64,000 nucleotides of DNA, taken from the NCBI GenBank assembly GCA_037444125.1, contig JBBINA010000001.1:13961-77960 (forward strand). Reading direction: 5' to 3'. Of the stretch, positions 59,319 to 64,000 are shown piece by piece. The stretch's first letter is position 1, and every line of letters starts with the position of its first letter. Source of the DNA: a bacterium. Its GTDB lineage: Bacteria; Patescibacteriota; Minisyncoccia; JBBINA01. Made by a program: the position numbers and the translations under genes. The notes below the pieces were generated by a model. The model was given only the letters and a program-made list of their open reading frames with translations, was not told where the DNA came from and did no database searches.

Positions 59319-61889
59319 ATGAAAAAGTATTTTGGCGTTATAACTTTTAGTTTATTTAGTTTTATTATATTTGGCTCTATCTCAGTTTTGGCAGCAGGGC
59401 CAAGTTGGGATATTTCTGGTACTTGGAATATTGTTTTTGATGTTGGAGGTACTCCTTATCTACATACAATGAATGTAACTTTATTTAATACATTAACTGG
59501 GGAGTTTATAGCTAATGGATTTTATAATCCCGACCCTTCATATACTTGGAACGCCACCGGAACTGTTTCCTCGAACTTAGTATCTTTTCATGTAGTTTAC
59601 ACTGGAACTAACTCTGGCTATAGTTTCGATGTGGCGGGCACTATCGCTGGCGATGGTTTCTCGATGTCGGGCGTGTGGGATTTAGGTACTTGGGCAGGAA
59701 CTGGTCAAGCCACGGGATTAGCGCGGTTGACTGTCAACAAAGTCGTAATCAATGATAATGGTGGTAGTAATAGCGTAGATGATTTTGACTTATTTATTAA
59801 TGGCAACCCAGTTTTAAATGGTTCGTCAACAATAGTCATCGTAGGTACATATATAGTAAGCGAAACTCCAGTTTTAGGTTATGTCGGAACCATTGGCGGT
59901 GATTGTGATTCTCAAGGCGTAATTGTTTTGTCGCCGGGAGATGATAAAATTTGTACGATTACAAATGATGATGAACCGGGACATATAATTGTTCAAAAGA
60001 CTACCCACCCCTCTAGCGAACAAACAGAATTCGCCATCAGCGCTACTGGTACTGGAGCGGTTTTAAATGGTGAAAATGGCACCACAACTGATGCTATTGA
60101 TTATGAGTATTTAGTAAATGCAGGAACTTATTTCGTAACGGAGACAGTACCAGCGGGATGGATAATGCTTAGCAATAGCTGTCAGGACATGGTTATAGAA
60201 ATTGGCCAGACACTTTTTTGCGAAATTGTCAACTTGAAACTGGGGGAGATTCACGGGGTTAAATTTGAAGATTTAAATGGAAATGGGCAGAAAGATCAGG
60301 GCGAGCCTGGGATGTCAGGTTGGACAATTTATCTTGACTCAAATAATAATGGACAATTCGATTTAGGAGAAATTTCTACACAGACAAGTCAAAATGGCAG
60401 TTATGCGTTTACGAACTTGATGCCTGGGCAATATAATGTTAGAGAGGTATTGCCAGCAAGCGGCTGGAGCCAAACTTTGCCAGTGAATAATGGTAAATAT
60501 GTTGTTGATATTTTTCCTGGCACTATTTCTCAAGATAATGATTTTGGCAATTTTCAATGGAATCTTATTACCGGTTTTAAATGGCATGATCTTAATGGTG
60601 ATGGTATTTGGCAACAAAATGAGCCACCACTTGAAGGTTGGCCAATTGAACTTCATAGAATTATTCAGCGCGATCCGCAGGGAAGTCCAATTGAAACTGA
60701 ACTAGTTGCTTTAACTTTAACCGGTGGCGACGGGAGTTTTAGATTATATGGGACGGGAGTTGCCCATTTTGGCTATGGCCTTAAAGAGAAAAGGCGGGAA
60801 GGCTGGATACAAACCGCACCAGAAGTTTCGTCATTTTTTGATGTATTTTTTGAAGTATTTGTAACCCAGAGCGGACAAACCCATACGACTGATAATCAAC
60901 AAAGATCTCTGAATTTTGGCAATTTTGAACTTAATAAAATTACAGGTTATAAGTGGGAAGATATAAATGGCGATGGCATCTGGCAGCAGGGCGAACCGCC
61001 AATTTCATTGTGGAAAATTAAGCTTGATGGCAAAGATCGAGATGGCAATATTATTCATCGAGAAACCTTTACTGATATTAATGGCAGATTTTCTTTCTTT
61101 GATGTATTTGTAAATTTTCAAAATGAGCCTTATAAGATTACGGAAGAAAACAAAAATGGTTGGATAGGGACTTATCCAACGAGTTCTTTCTTTGATGTGT
61201 TTGTTGAATTGAGCGGCGTAGAACATACCACTGATCATAACAACTTGCCTCTTTATTTTGGTAATTTCAGATTGGGAGAAATTCGTGGAACAAAATTTGA
61301 AGATGTTGATAGAAATGGTAGAAGAGGTTCCGCAGAGCCAGGGCTTGCGGGTTGGACTATTCAGTTAACTGGATTTGATGAAATTACCCAACAGAATGTT
61401 AATCTGGCTACGACCACTGACTATAATGGAAGATATTCTTTTACCGGTTTGACCAAAGGCACCTATACAGTTACCGAAGTAGGACAACAAGGTTGGAGCC
61501 AGACTGCTCCTTCTTCTGGGAGTTATACTTTAACCATTGATACAAGCGGACGCGTTTATGCGGGCAAGGACTTTGGCAATTTTAGGCTAAAAAATTTCCA
61601 TGGACGTAAGTACCATGATGTTAACCGTAATCGTAGATATGATAATGGCGAGCCGTTGCTTCAGGGTTGGACTATTGAATTAATGGATATGATGGGGGGT
61701 GCGCGGCTGCGTACAACCACAGATATTAATGGCGAGTATGTGTTTCTAAATGTTATGCCGGGAAAATATTTTCTTCGCGAAATAGTTGAGCCGGGTTGGA
61801 AGGCTTGGAGTCCGAGAACAGGATTTTATCTTTTGAAGCCTCAAAGTTCAGATACTTTGTCTTATGATTTTGGGAATATTCCTTTATAG
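59319..61889 (+). CDS. large secreted surface protein with about five SdrD-B-like/prealbumin-fold repeats
   Basis: signal peptide; repeated units G.KFEDLNGNG..D.GEPG..GWTI.L......T.T...G.Y.F..L..G.Y.V.E; ATG 59319 preferred over 59274. Confidence 0.75.
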   Translation: MKKYFGVITFSLFSFIIFGSISVLAAGPSWDISGTWNIVFDVGGTPYLHTMNVTLFNTLTGEFIANGFYNPDPSYTWNATGTVSSNLVSFHVVYTGTNSGYSFDVAGTIAGDGFSMSGVWDLGTWAGTGQATGLARLTVNKVVINDNGGSNSVDDFDLFINGNPVLNGSSTIVIVGTYIVSETPVLGYVGTIGGDCDSQGVIVLSPGDDKICTITNDDEPGHIIVQKTTHPSSEQTEFAISATGTGAVLNGENGTTTDAIDYEYLVNAGTYFVTETVPAGWIMLSNSCQDMVIEIGQTLFCEIVNLKLGEIHGVKFEDLNGNGQKDQGEPGMSGWTIYLDSNNNGQFDLGEISTQTSQNGSYAFTNLMPGQYNVREVLPASGWSQTLPVNNGKYVVDIFPGTISQDNDFGNFQWNLITGFKWHDLNGDGIWQQNEPPLEGWPIELHRIIQRDPQGSPIETELVALTLTGGDGSFRLYGTGVAHFGYGLKEKRREGWIQTAPEVSSFFDVFFEVFVTQSGQTHTTDNQQRSLNFGNFELNKITGYKWEDINGDGIWQQGEPPISLWKIKLDGKDRDGNIIHRETFTDINGRFSFFDVFVNFQNEPYKITEENKNGWIGTYPTSSFFDVFVELSGVEHTTDHNNLPLYFGNFRLGEIRGTKFEDVDRNGRRGSAEPGLAGWTIQLTGFDEITQQNVNLATTTDYNGRYSFTGLTKGTYTVTEVGQQGWSQTAPSSGSYTLTIDTSGRVYAGKDFGNFRLKNFHGRKYHDVNRNRRYDNGEPLLQGWTIELMDMMGGARLRTTTDINGEYVFLNVMPGKYFLREIVEPGWKAWSPRTGFYLLKPQSSDTLSYDFGNIPL

Positions 61890-61970
61890 GTGTTTGCCTA
61901 AAAACCAGTCATAGTAAAAGAACTGAAGAAGCTATGGTAATTGATGTTTTTTTGTTATAATGTTTTAAAT

Positions 61971-62819
61971 ATGGCAGAACAGGAAAATAAATTTGAAGGA
62001 ATAAAAAAACCCGAGAGGTTGTTTAGCAATTACGAGAGACTGGAAGTTGACTTTTTAAATGCCCTTGAACATCAAGACGAAAAAGACATTTGCAAATTAC
62101 AAGAAAGATTTAATTGTGAATTTAATGAGGATCTTGAAGGAGTGAAGGTCTTATTTGGTTTTAGAAAATATGCCTTAGCTGAGAAAAGATTACTGGATTT
62201 TCGCCAAGGGCAGGCAGAAGAAATTTCTTCTACTATTTATAAGGAATTGACCGAATATGAGTTTACTATTGTGGACTACTTAATAAAAATTTATAAAAGA
62301 CCAGAAGAAGCAAGGAACCTTTGGAGTATTTTAGAGAAAATGAGTAAAGTTTATGGCATTCATAGTAGATTTGAGCAATTTAAAAGAGGAGTCATAGGAC
62401 AAGTAACAGTTTATAAAATTCTTGAAAAGCTTGGTAGAAAACCTCAACTTTCTAGCCCTGAAGAAGACGCCTATAGGGCTATTGACCTTTGGTCGTATGA
62501 TGATACGGCAGTACAGATAAAGACAAGTATTCATATCACTGAACCAGTAATAATTGGAATTAGCGAAGCGGAAGAAATTGCCTTTCCAGTTGTTCGAGTG
62601 AAAGATGAACAGAAGAATTATGAAGAGTTCTATAACTCTAAATTTTTCCAAGAAACCAGACGTTTTAAAACAAAATTAAACAAATATGCCCATAAAGTGC
62701 ATAAAAATCTTAAAGGGTATCTTATTATAGTACCAATCGATGAAAAATATGTTGACCTAGATACTGGCGAGCCAAAGCCAAGTCTCGTCGAATTTTTTGG
62801 AAAAATTATAAGTCGTTAG
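61971..62819 (+). CDS. hypothetical protein
   Basis: 282 aa from ATG 61971 (ORF opens at 61941); no confident motif, weak D...QIK resemblance to nuclease folds. Confidence 0.45.
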   Translation: MAEQENKFEGIKKPERLFSNYERLEVDFLNALEHQDEKDICKLQERFNCEFNEDLEGVKVLFGFRKYALAEKRLLDFRQGQAEEISSTIYKELTEYEFTIVDYLIKIYKRPEEARNLWSILEKMSKVYGIHSRFEQFKRGVIGQVTVYKILEKLGRKPQLSSPEEDAYRAIDLWSYDDTAVQIKTSIHITEPVIIGISEAEEIAFPVVRVKDEQKNYEEFYNSKFFQETRRFKTKLNKYAHKVHKNLKGYLIIVPIDEKYVDLDTGEPKPSLVEFFGKIISR

Positions 62820-62859
62820 TCTATTAATAATTTCGACTTATATTATAATAAGGTATATT

Positions 62860-64000
62860 ATGGAATTTTTTTTAACTATTTTGGGAACCGTTTTGGTGCT
62901 TGCAAGTATTGTTTTTATATTGAAAAAACCAATTGTTGGTTTTCTTGCTTCTTACTTTAAGGTTGTTTTTGATGAAAACTTTAGGTTAGTTGAGGAGAAA
63001 ACAAAATCAATTTTTAAAGAGGAGCGCGAACGCTTGCTTGAGCAGTATAAATCCAAAGAGCAGCTTTTGGAAGAGAGGTTAAAGAAAGGGGAACAATTTA
63101 TTGAGCTAAAAGAAGATACCATCAGAGAGTTAGTTTTAAAAATTAATGAAGAGTTGCGTCGACATCAGAAAAAACTAGAAGAAGTTGAAAAAGAACGAAT
63201 AACTGAATTTAATACCCTTAAAAATGTCATAGAAGAACATAAGTTAGTTACTGACAAGTTGCATATTACCACGAGAGATCTTAAAAATATTTTGTCAAAC
63301 AATCAGTTGAGAGGGAAATATGGCGAAGAAGTTGCCGAGAATTTACTTAAGTCAGTTGGTTTTGTCAAAGGACAAAATTATGTTGTTAATGAGATGCAAG
63401 ATACGGTTTCAACCCGACCGGATTTTACGATTTTACTGCCGGATAAAACCAAGATTAATGTTGACGCCAAATTTCCTTTGCAGGCGTTGATAAAATTTCA
63501 GGAGACGGATGACAAAAGAGAACAAGACCGTTATATTAAAGATTTTGCCCAAGATGTGAGGCAGAAAATTAAAGAAATCACTACGCGCGACTATATTAAT
63601 CCTGAGGAAAAGACCGTTGATTTTGTAATTATGTTTGTGCCCAATGAAATGATTTTCAGTTTTATTTACGACAAGTTGCCTGATGTTTGGAATGAAGCGA
63701 TTAAGAAAAAAGTAATTTTAGCCGGCCCTTTCAGTTTTACTGCGATTTTACGGATGGTTTACCAGTCTTATAAGAATTTTAAATATCAGGAGAATTTATA
63801 CGAAATTATTAAACTTATTAAAGCTTTCGAGCTTGAGTATACCAAATTTTCACAGGAGTTGGATAAACTTGGTGATAGACTTTCTTCGACTGTGAATCAA
63901 TACGAAGTTGTATCTTTAACTCGGACTAAAAAATTGACAGGCATAGTGGAAAAGATAAGGGGAGAAGAAATTTTACCAGCACCAGAAAGACGTCAGGATG
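62860..64000 (+). CDS. rmuC: DNA recombination protein RmuC (partial, runs off window end)
   Basis: N-terminal TM, long coiled coil, then RmuC-like region NQLRGKYGEEVAENLLKSVGF...; no stop before 64000. Confidence 0.78.
   Translation, partial: MEFFLTILGTVLVLASIVFILKKPIVGFLASYFKVVFDENFRLVEEKTKSIFKEERERLLEQYKSKEQLLEERLKKGEQFIELKEDTIRELVLKINEELRRHQKKLEEVEKERITEFNTLKNVIEEHKLVTDKLHITTRDLKNILSNNQLRGKYGEEVAENLLKSVGFVKGQNYVVNEMQDTVSTRPDFTILLPDKTKINVDAKFPLQALIKFQETDDKREQDRYIKDFAQDVRQKIKEITTRDYINPEEKTVDFVIMFVPNEMIFSFIYDKLPDVWNEAIKKKVILAGPFSFTAILRMVYQSYKNFKYQENLYEIIKLIKAFELEYTKFSQELDKLGDRLSSTVNQYEVVSLTRTKKLTGIVEKIRGEEILPAPERRQD

Noticed and set aside
1-64000. CRISPR arrays, rRNA genes, IS elements, integrases
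   Set aside because: No regularly spaced direct repeats, no rRNA-like conserved stretches, no transposase/recombinase-like ORFs in any frame that I could recognise

Overview
This is a low-GC (~34%) bacterial window with compact co-directional housekeeping genes that mostly lack Shine-Dalgarno sequences; a Patescibacteria/CPR-like genome is an inference only. Backbone genes: grpE-dnaK-dnaJ, dnaX, glyS, M16 peptidase, AI-2E transporter, rsmE, metG, dnaE, aspS, pepA, M50 protease, tRNA-Gln(CUG), subtilisin, PEBP, CcdA-like, glycerate 2-kinase, ppsA, rpiB, D-lactate dehydrogenase-like, enolase, rmuC (partial). No rRNA, CRISPR array, integrase or transposase was seen. Most worth a second look: (1) 14.5-20.1 kb holds a Pel/GAG-like exopolysaccharide mini-locus, with a GT4 glycosyltransferase, a 12-TM membrane protein and a GH114-like hydrolase translationally coupled, preceded by a long reading frame broken only by in-frame TGA and TAG codons. 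(2) 34.0-42.8 kb next to tRNA-Gln is a putative foreign island whose genes carry strong AAGGAGG ribosome-binding sites, unlike the backbone: Hsp20, frameshifted gapA, a stand-alone Cas4-like Fe-S nuclease, an alpha-2-macroglobulin C-terminal remnant, a PKD surface protein and a ~52% GC small ORF with consensus promoter, long structured leader and tandem terminators. (3) An operon links an endonuclease Q-like PHP nuclease, a small membrane protein and a membrane-anchored ClpC/ClpB-like double-AAA+ ATPase. (4) A truncated class II aaRS paralog (EpmA/AsnA-like) sits next to metG. (5) A 104-aa protein is an internal tandem duplication of a CxxC...CxxCW zinc ribbon. (6) At least six genes are broken exactly at short homopolymer runs, which may mean systematic indel errors in the assembly rather than real pseudogenes. 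All product calls come from motif recognition by eye, with no searches run.
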